From assembly GCA_016748015.1 (NCBI GenBank), contig JAAOMT010000591.1:199532-263531 (forward strand): a DNA stretch of 64,000 bases, read 5' to 3'. Under the pieces are notes generated by a model that saw only the letters and a list, made by a program, of their open reading frames with translations, did not search any database and had not been told where the DNA came from. This document shows positions 11,501 through 25,100 of the stretch, piece after piece. A program made the translations under genes and the position numbers. The DNA is from Geosiphon pyriformis uo1 (taxonomy: Eukaryota > Fungi > Glomeromycota). How positions within the stretch are numbered: position 1 is the first letter of the stretch; each line of letters starts with the position of its first letter.

Positions 11501-14500
11501 ATTTATTGTCCTACTTGTCTTGTCTTTTTGGGTAGTCATATTATTCCCTATGGCAGGGCTTGCAATAGTAATGGGTTTGTGTTCAGTAGTCTTCGTCTAG
11601 TACTACCCAAGCTCCCATTGAGAACAGTTTCTTCCCACAGTCTTTGCATTTGAGAGGTATATATGGCAGCTCTTTTATTGGTTCACATGAGTATTCTCTT
11701 TCCCAGCCATTAGTTATTTCTCCTGCAGTGGTGGTTTCTTCAGGTATGTTTTTTTCCCCTTTTTCCTTGCTCTTTTCTTTCCAATCTAGAATTGGTGGCA
11801 TTTTGCTTTGGTTGTTGTCAGTCCAAGTGTCAATGGTGGCTTCCCAAGTAGGTTCTTCTTTTTGTTTTTCCTTTCTATTGTTGTTGTTGTCCTAAGCAAA
11901 TATTGGTGGCAGTTCATTGTAGTCAATGTTAGCCCATAAGACTTGGTATGCTTCCTAAGTGGGTTTCACTTTTTCTTCTTCGAATTTGATAAGTGGTGTT
12001 GATAGGGTGGTGATGGGCTTGAAGTGGCCACACATGGCTGGTACCCATGTGTGTCGACCGTTCTGGCTAAGCTGGAACTCTTGGGTGTTCCAATCTAGGA
12101 TTGTATTGGTTTTGGACAGCCAGTTATTTCTAATGAGTGCTTGGTATTGAATGGCTTCCATAATAAATACTTTGATTGGTACTATGATGCCATTGACTTT
12201 TATGGGGAAATCATCAATCTCTCCAATGGGTGTTTTGGTCACTCCATCAGCTGTAATAATCCTGGTGCTGGCAGCGCGATTAACTTAGTGACCTAATTAA
12301 TCTATGAATTGTCTTGTGATAATGCTGCCAGCTGATCCACTATCTAGGATCAGTTTGATAGAGTGACTATTAACTTTCACATTAGTGTACATTACAGTAA
12401 TGGGTTTTTTCTCAAGTGCTGCTCCACTGAACAATGGTGGGTTGATGGTTTCTTTTAATTCGAAAGGAAAGATGGTGGTGAGAGTTTTGTTTTCAGTAAC
12501 TGTTGCTGATGGAATGTTGCTGGTGAGTGGTGGTTGTTGGTTGTTTTCTGGATGATTGGATTGGGCATCTTCTGGAGTCACCAGGAGACTTAAATAGTTC
12601 TGGGTGTAACTGGTGCCCAAATTCTGAGATCACAACCCTAATGGTGGGGTTGATGAGCTGGAGATCAGTTGATGGACAACCATTGCTGATCTCCAGTTTT
12701 GGGCGACTCTTGATCTGGGGTTTCCTGATGTCATCTAAGTGGAGTTTGGTAGTGGTGTTTGTATTGCAGTTGGTTGATATATTATTTGTGGCTGTGGCTG
12801 ATACATTGTTTATGGCTGTGGTTGATAGACTGGAGTTTAATATATTGGCAGTTGATATATCAGCTGTTGCGTCATTGGTGGATAAGAATATTGACTTTGA
12901 TTTTGTTGATATCTCAGAGTTCGAAACTGGCGATCGGGGTTTCTATATTGATTTCCTGATTGTTGGTTATTTAAATGGGTACGGCAGTCGATTTGTAGGT
13001 GTCTTTGTCTTCCACAATAGTAGCATGTATGCATTTCTTGTTGCCACTGTTAATTGGTTAATAAGAATGAACACAACTAATTCTGGAAACAATTGGCGTT
13101 TTCCTGATTATTGTGTTATTTTGGAGGTTGATAAATTGCCTGATTGTTAACTAAGTATCCCTCAATTTTCTGATTGATGGAATCACTAATTTGCTTTAAT
13201 TTGGAACCCAAATCAGATGATCCATTCATCACTAGATTTACAGCTTGGGCGTGATTGGTTTCTAGCTCAGCTGCTTCAAAATCTCTAGCTTGGGTGACTG
13301 CAGTAGGGAGGTCAACTGGATGCATTGGGCATACTTATTGGAGGATGCTGCTACATAACCCTCTGATAAACTGGTTCAAGATCTGTGGTGCCATAAAATA
13401 ATCAGCTTGGATTGTCTGAATTTGGTGCAGATTTCTATGAAAGTGTTCTAAGTAAGTGGTGACTGCTTCTGTGTCCCCTTGTTTAATGGTAGTGAAGATG
13501 TTGGTCAAGTAATTAATACTGTTATTATTACTAAAATATCTTACAAACTCTGTTTTGAAATTATTGAAGGTTTGGGGTTTGGCAACTAGACTCTAATACC
13601 ACGAGTCGGCAGTATCTTTGAGAAAGTATGGAACAGCTTGTATTGTCCTGGCATCATTTCATCCATTGGCTGCAATGGCTTTTTCGATGTTGTTGAGCCA
13701 GACTTGGGTGTCATCTTCTTTGCCAGTAAAATTGTCGATTTTGGCGATTGGAGCATAGGCCATTGGATCTAAGTTTAGTTGCTGTTGTTGGATGAATGGC
13801 TGAAATGATTGTTGTGGCTGGTAATTTGGCTGCTAGGGTGGTTGTAAATTTTGCTAATTTGGCAGCTGAATTGGTTAGAGCAATTGTTGTAGTGGCAGTC
13901 CAATGGGTTCAATTGGTGGGTGATCAATAACAATATTCGGAGATAAGTTTGGATTAATTACTCCAGAGTTTTGATTGTCTTGATTTAGCAGTGTTCTAAT
14001 ATTTGGAGTTTTGATTTCGGGGTTTTCTTGATTTGGATTTTTCAGAGTTTAATCATTTGAGATTTCAAATTCTGGGTTTTCAGGAATCGGGTTTTGGTAA
14101 GTAAACTCTTGATCTTCAGATTTTTCTTCTTCCTCTTCTTCTGATTCTGTTACTTCCCACAGATCAGAAATTCCAAAATCTGGGGAAGACAGTGGTGATC
14201 AGAGTCCTGATGGCATTGATAATCGTGAGTTAAATCCTTCAAAATACATGCCATATGATTCTAATAATTCTGCTTTCCTTTGTTTACTTTGGAATGGGAA
14301 TCGTCCAAATGCTGATGTCATGTTTGATGTGGATGCGCTGGTAAATGTAATATTAATAGTGCTTCCAAGTGTATAGTGATATAATAGATTAGTTGGGAAC
14401 TCAACTCTTGTTTTCTTCCAAGTAGGTGGTTGTATTCTTTTGGATGTTACTGCTGGTGTTTGCAGTTTTTCTTTGCCTTTGCTTGTGTAAGTAATGGGAT

Positions 14501-14820
14501 ATCTTTACTATGTATGGTGTTCAATTTTTTTGTTGATTTCTATGATAATAAAGGCGAAATTGTGATTTGTTGGCAGGTTGGTATTTTGAATTAATTTACT
14601 GTAAAAAGCTTTTCTTGCCAATTCGATATTTATTAGTGTTCCTAACAGATAGACAATTCTTTTGTTGATGTAGAAATTGAAAGCTGATTCTGCTGATATG
14701 TGGTTGTGATTTAATCCCAATGTTGACAGTAGTGTTAAAATAAAGATTTTGCGAATCCTAAATAGTTTGCTCTTATGTTTTCTGATTCTGCCACTTTTAG
14801 ATTTATTCTCTATAGGATTA
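8525..14820 (-). pseudogene. E2 ORF1: gag-CCHC-aspartic protease-Cys-rich domain-dUTPase-RT-RNase H
   Basis: CYYCGRQRHLQIDC knuckle (~13000), LILDSGSAGSII (~12340), CKDC cluster (~11640), dUTPase, RT 9248-9787, RH 8621-9187; start position approximate. Confidence 0.9.
10357..10750 (-). pseudogene. dut: dUTPase domain within E2 ORF1
   Basis: Trimeric dUTPase motifs 1-5 recognisable: AEFDL, SRSSLA, IINAGYVGNI, RIAQAI, KGIQRFGSMG. Confidence 0.9.
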
Positions 14821-14823
14821 TAC

Positions 14824-14841
14824 CTTACAGGGAGCACCAAA
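14824..14841 (-). promoter_or_regulatory. E2 primer-binding site TTTGGTGCTCCCTGTAAG
   Basis: Directly follows the 5' LTR; complementary to a tRNA ending ...GGAGCACCA (candidates are elongator Met or Ile-UAU; identity is inferred). Confidence 0.85.
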
Positions 14842-15712
14842 TGTTACAGGTGACTATTTCTGGTGTTGGATTAAATAACAAACCCATAACTTGGTGCTCA
14901 AATCTAGTTGCAGTTGATAGTGATCTAAAGGTTTGTGTCTGAAAGGTTTGTATCCAAAGGGTTTGGTTGAGTTCTTTGTATAATGAACAGAGATTTAATG
15001 GTAATAGTTTTATCCATAGCTTCCTGAAACCACAGTTTCGTCAATTTTTTTCTCAGCTTGATGGCTGGTATTCCTCCTGGTAAGCTATCTTCAATCGAGT
15101 GTTCTATCTTTATTTCTGGGTCTTTTACCAGTCATGTTTATCCTGACGTCAGTACTCCGTGTGTTAATCTTCAATAGAGTTAGTAAACAACAATAAAATT
15201 AAAGCAAAAAATAAAGAAAAATAAAGAAAATAAAGAAAGAAAAAAAATAAGCCAAGGCGATTTGCAAGTTAGTATTCCATCAATAGCTGTGATCAAGAGC
15301 TATTGTTCCAATGTGGTTAAGTATTGATTACTATCAACATGAAGTGTTAATAGTGGCAGCAGGTTTGAGATAACAAACAGTTATTTATTTGTGGTTTGGA
15401 AAGTTGTCCAGATGAAATTTAAACTGAGAGGTCTGTCTTTTTAGCTTCTAATTCTACTGTTATATATACATAATTGAGATTCCTCAATTTTTTAATTCTT
15501 CACAACAGGAATCCTGGAATTTCTGGAATCCTGCAATTCTTTTGAGAGGAATTCTGGAATTCTGGAATTCTGTGATTCTTTGTGAGAATCCTGTAATTCC
15601 TGGAATCCTGTAATTTCTGAGAGGAATCCTAGAATTCCATATTTTACTATGTTTACTTCTGATTAGTTAATAATTATGCTAATATATATTCCTTATATTT
15701 CTATGAGTAACA
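14842..15712 (-). repeat. E2 5' LTR
   Basis: Direct repeat of 5515-6384; flanked by the PBS and TSD. Confidence 0.97.
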
Positions 15713-18428
15713 CTGGTAAAGTAGTTGAGCTAATTTAAAGAAGTTTTGGATGAAATAGCAATAATATCTAGCAAATTTCAAAAATGTTCTTAATTTTGTT
15801 AAGTTTGTTGGTACTAAAAAGTTTTTAACTATTTCATATTTGTTTGAATCTGTTTTGATGCCATTTTTGCTTGCAATATGTTCCAAAAACTTGAGTTTAA
15901 TTTTGTCAAAAAAGCATTTAGTTGTATTTAATTTTAATTTAGCTTTTTTTAATCTTTCAAACACTTGTTAAAGATGATGTAAATAGTTATCAAATATTTT
16001 GAAAAACATATTGGTGTTATTCAAGTAGACTATTACTTATTTCCATAGTAATCTAGTGTATTCAATTTCCATAAGCCATTGAAAAATAGCTAAAATATTA
16101 GTTAAGCCAAATAATATAATATCAAATTCAAAATTTTTTTTTGGTTATAAATGCTATTTTTTTCTTGTTAGCTGGATTAATGACTACTTGCCAATAACTA
16201 TTATCTAAGTCCAATATTAAAAACCATTTTTTTTCTTCAAAAGCATTAAATAACTTCTGTATCTATGAAGTTAAATAGCTGTTTCTATAAGTAATATTGT
16301 TAAGTTTTTAGTAATCTATACAAAAATATATCTTTCTTTTCTTTTTCTGGATAAGTACTACTGGTAATAACCATGGGCTCATTAATAATTAAATTAATCT
16401 GTTGTCTAATATTCTGTTGATTTTCTGTTAGATAATCTTATAACTGGCTGGTAATATTCTGTATATTCTTTGTTTAATTGATATTGTACTTCCAGTTTTG
16501 ATCTGATATTGGATAATATCAGTTCTGCCAAATTTATTTTTACTGGCAAAAATATTAATAAAGTTATTAAGTAGTATTTTAAGTTGCATTTGTTAAAGTA
16601 AGTCTAAGTTTCTTAAGTTTATTTGTTTTAATTATTTTGGCTGTAACAAATAACACTTTTTTTATTTATATATGGTTTGTAATATAATGTTTATATATCT
16701 GCAAAGCTGTAAAAAGTCTGGAATAATAATAAATGCTTGATTCTCAACTTTAGTGCTTAAGTATCTAATAATAATTTTACTTGGTATTTTAGTAATGCTT
16801 TTAATTGTGTTTTATATTGGAATTTTAATGTGTTTATTGTTCTTGGCTAATATATAAAGATTAATAATAGCAATTTTTTCTGATTTACAAATATTTATTT
16901 CAGCTTTAATAATTTGGGATTGGTTTTTCATTTTTTTTTTTATAACTATTATATACTAGTCATATAGTAAAATAGAAATTAATTGATGAGTAAAGATAAT
17001 TTTTCTCTTATTAATTGTTTTTTTTTCTGTTATATTAACTGATATGTCTATTCTATTCATTGATCTGAATCTCTTTATTCCTCTTGCAATAATTCCTAAC
17101 TCTTTTCTTGTTCTCACTAATATTAACTGAGCTATCTTAACCAGAAACAGAAATATTATCTGTGTTATCTTTTTATTTGATTTAATTATGTATCTTTTTT
17201 TTAAGTCATTTTGTAGTATTATAATAATATTTTCTATATATCCTGTATTAATTATCTCTTTTCTGATATTAATCTATTTTTTTGTTAAACTAAATCTAAA
17301 AGCTAATTGGACTATTGTTATTGCCAGAATTTTCAGTATTAATTTTAAATCTATGCTAATGCATGAATAAAATTCTAATCTAATAGCAGTTTTTCTTAGA
17401 TATCTGAGATTAAACTTTGTATTTGTATTATACATGTATTTTGGCATAATATTTTCATTGTTATTGCTAAACCATTTAAGTTTTTGCTTTATTGAAAGAT
17501 CTGAAAGCATGATATACTGTTCAGAGTTGTAATCAGAGTTTAAATTATTGTTGTTGTTATTGTTATAGTGAATAGAATTAGAATTATTGTTGTCATCATT
17601 GTTAGAATTTGAATTACAATTGATCTTTAATTCCAATTTTGATGTACATTAGTTGATTGGTTATTTTTCTTTGGAGATTAAATAGATTATATATAATAGT
17701 AGATTATAGATGAAATTATAGTCATTACAATATTCGAAGTTATTTGAAATTAAATAATGTTTACAAAGTCTAGTATTTAATTGTTTTAAATACTGCTTTT
17801 GCTTTTTTCTAGTGAGTGCTAACTCTTGGTAATGTTTGTGAAATTGTTCTAGATTACTTAAGATATCAAAAAATGCATCTGGATTGGGAATAAAAATGGT
17901 TTTGACAGGTTCTGATAAGTTGTTTTTAATGATAAGTATTTTATTGAATAAAACACCTTCAACTTTAGCACTTGCTATTTGCCAAATTTTGTTTTTATTA
18001 TGTAAGTAATCATTTAAGTATGAAAGTGCTCAGTTCTATACAGTATTAAAAAATATTCCTTAGCTCATTCAGTTACTGATAAAAATTATGTATTAACATG
18101 ATGTATTACACATTTCTTTTTAGTCAGAAATGTTGTTTCACATTTTTTTGTTAAGTAATATTTCTTTACAAGTAAGACATGATTTATTGTTCCACTTTTT
18201 TTGTCACTTAGGATAACCAAAGTATTCTTTGTGACATGGTTTGCAATAATAGTAAGTGCATGTTCAATAGTTTTTATTTGGCAAAATCCAAGCTCCCATA
18301 AAGAAAAGTTTTTTTTTGTAATTAATATATCTAAGTAGAATATATGACAGTTCTTTTTTTGTATTTATGGAGTATAATTTATTTTAACCATTGGTTATTT
18401 TTTTGGTAACTGTAATGACTTTTGGCTT

Positions 18429-18462
<34 letters not shown>

Positions 18463-21400
18463 TCATTCCAAAAAAGTATTGGCAGTAATTTGTTGTGTTT
18501 ATTCTTAGTCCACAAAACTTGATAGGCTTTCCAGATAAATTTTTTTTTCAAACTCAATTAGTGGTAATTGGATGGTAATGTTTATTTTAAAGTAGCTGCA
18601 AATAGCAGGTACTCAAGTTTGCTGACTATTTTGACTAAACTATAACTCTTGATTATTTTAGTCAAGCATAATACTGGTTTTAAACAGTCAGTTATTATTA
18701 ATAAGAGTTTAATACTATATGACTTTTATTATTAAAGCCTTAATAAGTGCTATAATTCTATTAACTTTAAATAAAATATTGTTGATTTTATTAATAGAAG
18801 TTTTTATTATTTCATTAGCTATGATAATTTTGGTACTGGCAGTGCAATTAATTTGGTGATCTAATTGGTTCATAAGTTGTTGAATGATGATGCTGTCTGC
18901 TGAACTATTATCAAGGATTAGTTTAATAGAATGACTATTAATTTTGGTATTAGTATATATTATTGTAATAGATTTTGTGTTAAGAATGGCTCTATTGAAT
19001 AAAGATGGCATTGTTAATTCTTCTATTTTAAATGAAAATATAACTATAAGTAATTTGTTTTCAGTAATAGTTGCTAGTAAAATATTGTTAATAAGTAGTG
19101 TTTTTAGGCTTTTTAAGTTATTGGATAAGCTGGTTTCTAAGGTAACTAGGAGACTTAAATAGTTTTAAGAATTTGGATTTTGGGAGTACCTACTTTTTAA
19201 ACTTTATTGGCATAATTCTGATGACTGATTTGATGAATTGAAAATTGATTGGTATATTATTATTGCCAATTTCCAATTCTGTTGTATGTGAATAATTCTT
19301 GATCTTTGGTTGCTAATTAATATTTAAACTAGGTTTTGGAATGATGTTTGAATTGGTTAAAGTAAATAAATGATTTGTGGCTATGGCTAATAAATAACTG
19401 GTGCTAAAGTTTAATATACTAGAAATAAGTATATTAGTTATTATATTATTGGGGTGTAATAAGGTTGATATTGTTTTTGATTTAAGATATAAAACTAGTA
19501 ATTGAAGTTTTAATATTAATTTCCCAATTATTGGTTATTTAATCTTATACAGTAGTCTAATTTTAAGTGTTTTTATTTATTACAATAGTAACATATACAC
19601 ATTTTTTGTTATCATAATTGATTGTTTGATAAAAATAATAGACATAATTAATTTTGGAAACAATTGAAGTTTCTTTAATTGTCATAACATTGTAGAGACT
19701 AATAGATTGCCCAATTGTTAGTTAGATATTTCTTGATTTTTTAATTAATGGCTTTGCCAAATTGTTTTAATTTAATATCTAATTTAGAAGATCTATTCAT
19801 TACTAGGTTGACAGTTTGGCATAGTTGGCTTTGAGTTCAGCCAATTCAAAATTTCAGGTGTATATAACTGTGTTCTAGAGAGTATTTGGATCCATTAAAC
19901 ATACTTATTGTAGAAGACTACTGCATAATTTGCAGATAAACTGGTTCAAAATCTGGGTTTTAATAAAGTAATTAGCTTAAATTGCTTAAATTTGATGCAG
20001 ATTTCTGTAAAAACATTCTAAGTAAGTAGTAACTGCTTCTGTGTTATCTTATTTAATTATGGTAAAACTAGTTAATAATTGATTAATGCTGTTGTAATTG
20101 CTAAAGTATTATAAAAACATGGTTTTAAATATGTCAAAGATTTGTGGCTTGTTAACAAAGTTCTAATATTATAAGTTAGCAGTATTTTATAAGATATAGA
20201 GAATAACTTAAAAAGCTCTGATATTATTCTAATTATTGGCTGTAATTATCTTGGTAATATCATTCAACTATGTTTGGACATTTTTTTTTTTACTGGTAAA
20301 TTTTTTGAGTTTGACAATGGGTGTATATGCTATTGGTACTAGTTGTTATTGTTGTTGAAGTTGTTGTTGTAATAGGGCAATTAATACAACTGGTAAATCA
20401 ATTATGATTATTGAAAATAAGTCTTGCTGAATAATAGAAGCAGAGTTTAGATTGTTTATGTTTTGTGAAATTTGAACAATCAAAGTTTGTGTTTCTGGTT
20501 TATTTAGAATTGAGTTTTGGTTATTATTTTTTTAATTACAGTTTTTTTTCTTCTAAATTGGTATTTTTCCAATAATTAGTAGATCTAAAATTTGGTTGAG
20601 GTGGTAGTAATCAAAGTTTTGATAATATTGTTGATTGTGATTTAAATTTTTTAAAGAAATTGCTATAAATTCCTAATAATTTGGCTTTCTTTTGATTATT
20701 TTGAAATAGAACTTAAAATAATAGTATTTTTATAGTTAATAGTAATATAATTCTTAATAATATATATATAATACTTTCTGGTATATAATAGTATAATGGA
20801 TGAATAGGTAAAATAACTCTTGGTTTTTTCTAATTAAGTAATTGTATTTTTTTTGGTGTTTCTGTTGAAGTTTGTAAATTTTTCTTATCTGTAAAAATAA
20901 TAAAAAATCTTTAATGGGTATATTTTCCAATTTCTTTGTTTATTTCTGTGATTAGTAGTACAAACAAATAGTTTGGTAGAAATGTAATGCTTTAAAATAA
21001 TTTGCTGTAGAAATTGTTAAGGATGGCTTTTGGATTTTTTTGGTCTTCCAAATAAGATTTAATTTTTTTATTGACATAAAAATTAAAAGCTAATTCTGCT
21101 AACCAACTGTTATTTGTTAATCCAAGGTGACTTTAATAATATTAAAATAAGAATTTTGCAAATTTTAAATAATTTTCTTTTATAATTTCTTGGTCTGCCA
21201 CTTTTCTGGATGATTAATGTTGGTGCTAGTTCTCTGTTAGGTTATACTTTACAAAGAGTACCAAGTATTATAAATGTTTATTTGAAGTGTTAAAACAAAT
21301 AACAAACTTATAACTTGGTATTTAATAGTTAATAATGTTGGTAATTTCTAAAGATTTTAGAGTTTGAAAGTTTTGATTGAGTTTTTTGTATAATAGACAA

Positions 21401-22188
21401 AGATTTAATTAATGATTTCTTCTGTAAATTTTTTTTTTCAACATAATAGCCAGTTTAGTCTGATAGTTATATCTATCTAATAAGTTATCCTTAAATTTTT
21501 ATTCTTATTTTTGGGTTTTTTACCAAACTATTCTTGATGTCAAATACTTAGTACTTAATCTTTTTAATCAATTAATAAACAACAAAAAAATAAAACAAAA
21601 AAAAATAAAAAAAATAAAAAATTAGTATTCTATTAATAGCTATAATCAAAAGCTATTGGTTCAGTGTAGTTAAGTATTGGATTCTATCAACATTAAGTGT
21701 TGATAGTGTAGAATTGATTAATATTTCTTAATCAAGTAATAAAAACATAGATTTTGGATAATAATTGATATTTTATTAATATGTGTGTAAATTTTACTTT
21801 AAGTTATAAAAAATTATCTTTTAAAAAAAAGAAATTTAGATAATTAATAAGTTTTACTAATTTTGTCTGTATTGATTCTGTCTTTTTTACTTCTAATATT
21901 CTTGCTATATATACATAATTTTTGTTATATGAGATCTCATATTTTTTTAAACAATATGTCCTATTTTCTCTGACAATGTGTTTATTGTTAAACAATATGT
22001 CATAATTTTCTGACAATATGCTCATTGCTGAGCAGTGTGCTCTAATTCACTAACAATATGTACATTATTAAGCAATGTATTATATTTTTTTGATATTGTG
22101 CATTTTTACTAAGTATTTTTCTTCTATTGATTTATTTTTCTATTTGTTTTTTTTATTTTTCTTTCTTGTATTTTTTCTATAAGTAATA
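15713..22188 (-). mobile_element. E3 (old family-A element): RT, dUTPase, Cys-rich domain, protease, gag, PBS and 5' LTR; heavily AT-shifted; inserted in the gag of E4
   Basis: Collinear with E2; LILDNSSADSII (~18900); PBS relic ~21248-21265. Confidence 0.9.
21266..22188 (-). repeat. E3 5' LTR
   Basis: Shares the R/U5 core with other family-A LTRs; ends mutated to TATTA.../...GTAATA; own ~40-bp U3 tandem array 21945-22110. Confidence 0.85.
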
Positions 22189-25100
22189 CTGTTTTCAAAA
22201 AATTTTATAGTAAATTACTCTAATGCATCATGCTTTTACAAAATCTTTTGTTTGTTTTACTAATTATAAAGATAAATCACGAAATTGAAAATTACATCTA
22301 ACAAAGATTTCCTATTATTTTTATAGACAAAAAAAATTACAAACTCTAGCAAAAACACCAAATAAATACAACTGTTTATTTAAAAGAAACCAAGAGTTGT
22401 TTTACTTATTTATTTGTTATAATATTATATATTAGGAAATACTATTTACATACTATTTGGATCCACATTAATATTAATAGTAAAAACACTATTATTCAAA
22501 GTACTATTTCAAAATAATCAAAAAAAAGCCAAACTATTAAGAATCTACAGTAATTTTTTTGAAAAATTTAAATTACAACCAACAACATTATTAAAACTTT
22601 AATTACTATCATTCCAACCAAATTTCAGATCTACTAATTATTAAGAAAACACCAAATCAAAAAAAAAAGAAAACAGTAATTAGAGAAATAATAATCAAAA
22701 TCTGATTCTAAATAATCTTAAAGTTCAAATTCTAATTGTTCAAATTCAATAAAATCTAAACAATTTAAACCCAGCTTTTATTTTTTCAAAAAACTTATCT
22801 CCAATTATCTTGATTAATTTACTACTAATAGCATTAATTGTTATTCAATAGCAATTATAACAACAATTATTACTTATACAAATAACATATGTACTAATTG
22901 CCAAATTAAAAAAATTTACTGGCAAAGAAGACAATTTTCAAACATTGCTAAATAATATGACAAAAACCATTATAGCCAATAAATAAGATGATGTCAAAGC
23001 ATTTCAAGCCATTTTATATTTTTTTCAAGACACTGCCAACTCATGGTATTAGAATTTTGTAAACAAATTTTAAGATTTTAATGTGTTTAAAACTATATTT
23101 CTACAATATTTTAATGATTATAACAACATCAATTACCTATTAACTAACTTTATCACAATTAAGCAAAGTAATAATAAAGCAATTATTACTTACTTGGAAT
23201 GCTTTTATAGAAATTTGTGCCAAATTCAAGCAATCAATATTGATTATTTTACAGCAACACAGATTTTGAACCAGTTTATTTATAGATTATATAATAATTT
23301 ACTATAATAAGTATGCTTATTGCATTCAAATACTCTTTAAAATACAGTTATACATACCAGAGATTTTGAATTAACCAAACTTGAAGCCAATTATGTTCAA
23401 ACCATAAATTTAATAATGAACAAATCATCCAAATTGAATACTAAATTAAAGTAATTTGATAAAGCCATTAATCAGAAAATCAAGGAATATTTAGCTAATA
23501 ATCAAGCTATTTATTAGTCTTTACAATATCATAACAATTAAAAAAACTTCAATTATTTCTAAAATTAATTATGTTTATTATCAGCAAATTAACAATAGCA
23601 ACAAAAAATGCATAATTGTTACTACTAGATAAACAAGACTATTTAAAAGCAGATTATTATGCCAAATCTAATAATTTATAATTGGAAAACCAATATAAAA
23701 ATTCTAATTATAAATTTCAAATTCTGAATTACACTTTAAATTAAAAACAATATTAATATTAGTCTTATTACTCCCAAATAACACTATAATCTATATATAT
23801 ACTTTCAGTTTATTAAACTTCAGCACTAGTAATCTATTAATTGCAGCCACAAATAATTTATCAACTCTAACCAATTCAAATACTACCATAAAATCTAGCT
23901 TAAATATTAACTAAAAACCAAAAACTAAGAATTACTTACACATAACAAAATTGGAAATCAGTAATAATTATATACTAACTGATTTCTAGTTCCTTAAATT
24001 AAACATTAGAATTGTGCCCAAGAAATTTGAAAAATGGGTACACCCAAAACTTAAATTTCTAAAACTATTTAAGTCTTTTGGCTATAACAGAAAACAACTT
24101 ATTCAACAATCTAAAAACTAATCACTAATCACTTATCAACAACATTTCACCAATAACTGTCACAAAAAATGAATTATTAGCTGCCATTTTTCTATTCAAG
24201 TTGAAAACCCAATTAAAAACCCTATTATTTAGTAAAGCTGCTCTTAATACCAAACTGATTACTGTTATATATACTGATACCAAAGTTGATAGCCACCTTA
24301 TTAAATTAATTCTTAATAGTGATTTAGCAGGCAGCATTATCACACAACAATTTATGAACCAATTAGGTTACTGAGTTAATTGTACTGTCAAGATCAGAAT
24401 TATTACAGCCAATAAAATAATAAAGACTCTTATTAGTGAAATTAATAACTTTTTCTTTAAAGTCAATGGCATCATTATGTTAATCAAAATTCTAATAATA
24501 GAAGTCATATAATACTAAGCTCTTGTTAGTAACAATTGGCTGTCTAAGATCAACATTGTATTTAACTAAACTATACAAAAGCTATCAATTAAAATAGTTA
24601 GTATACTTAAATACTAGTTATCTGCAGTCACTTTAAAACAATTTAATCACAATCACTAATAGAATTTGAGAATATAATAAACAAATCTACCTAAGAAGCC
24701 TATTAAGTTTTATAAGTTAACAACAATTACAATAAACTATTATCAATTTTATTCTGAGATAATAATAAAAAAGAAAAAAAAGAAAACAAACCTCAAACAA
24801 CCACTTTTACAAAAAAAACAAATAATAGTTAACATGTTCTATACTTATTAGAACCAAAAAAAAAACTGTTCTATATTTCACTTAAGTGTATCGACTATAA
24901 AAAAAACTTTCTTCCATAAAAGCTTGAATATTGCTCAAAGAAAACTATTGGATATATACCTTTTACTACTACAAATTGTATTATAGAAAATATTTTGGAT
25001 ATCCAAAATAACAAAGAAAGTAAAACAATGAACTATGTTTTATTTGTAAAGAAATCTTACTCAACAAAGAAATATAAAACAACATTTCTGGTTAAGAAAA

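Larger units (their letters stand above)
5515..15712 (-). mobile_element. Full-length Ty3/Gypsy LTR retrotransposon E2 (family A, ~10.2 kb), nested in E3; inactivated by nonsense transitions
   Basis: Two ~870-bp TG...CA LTRs, 4-bp TSD CTGG (5511-5514 and 15713-15716), PBS, PPT, and gag/PR/dUTPase/RT/RH/IN motifs. Confidence 0.97.

Noticed and set aside
12527-13150. 207-aa plus-strand ORF and similar antisense ORFs (1910-2251, 50432-50893, 57488-57904)
   Set aside because: Shadows of retroelement coding frames on the opposite strand with no independent motifs
18428-18461. Long poly-T as a retroposon tail (also ~62016-62031)
   Set aside because: It sits at the Lys/Glu-rich purine stretch of ORF1 (compare 11750-11780); G>A conversion plus slippage explains it
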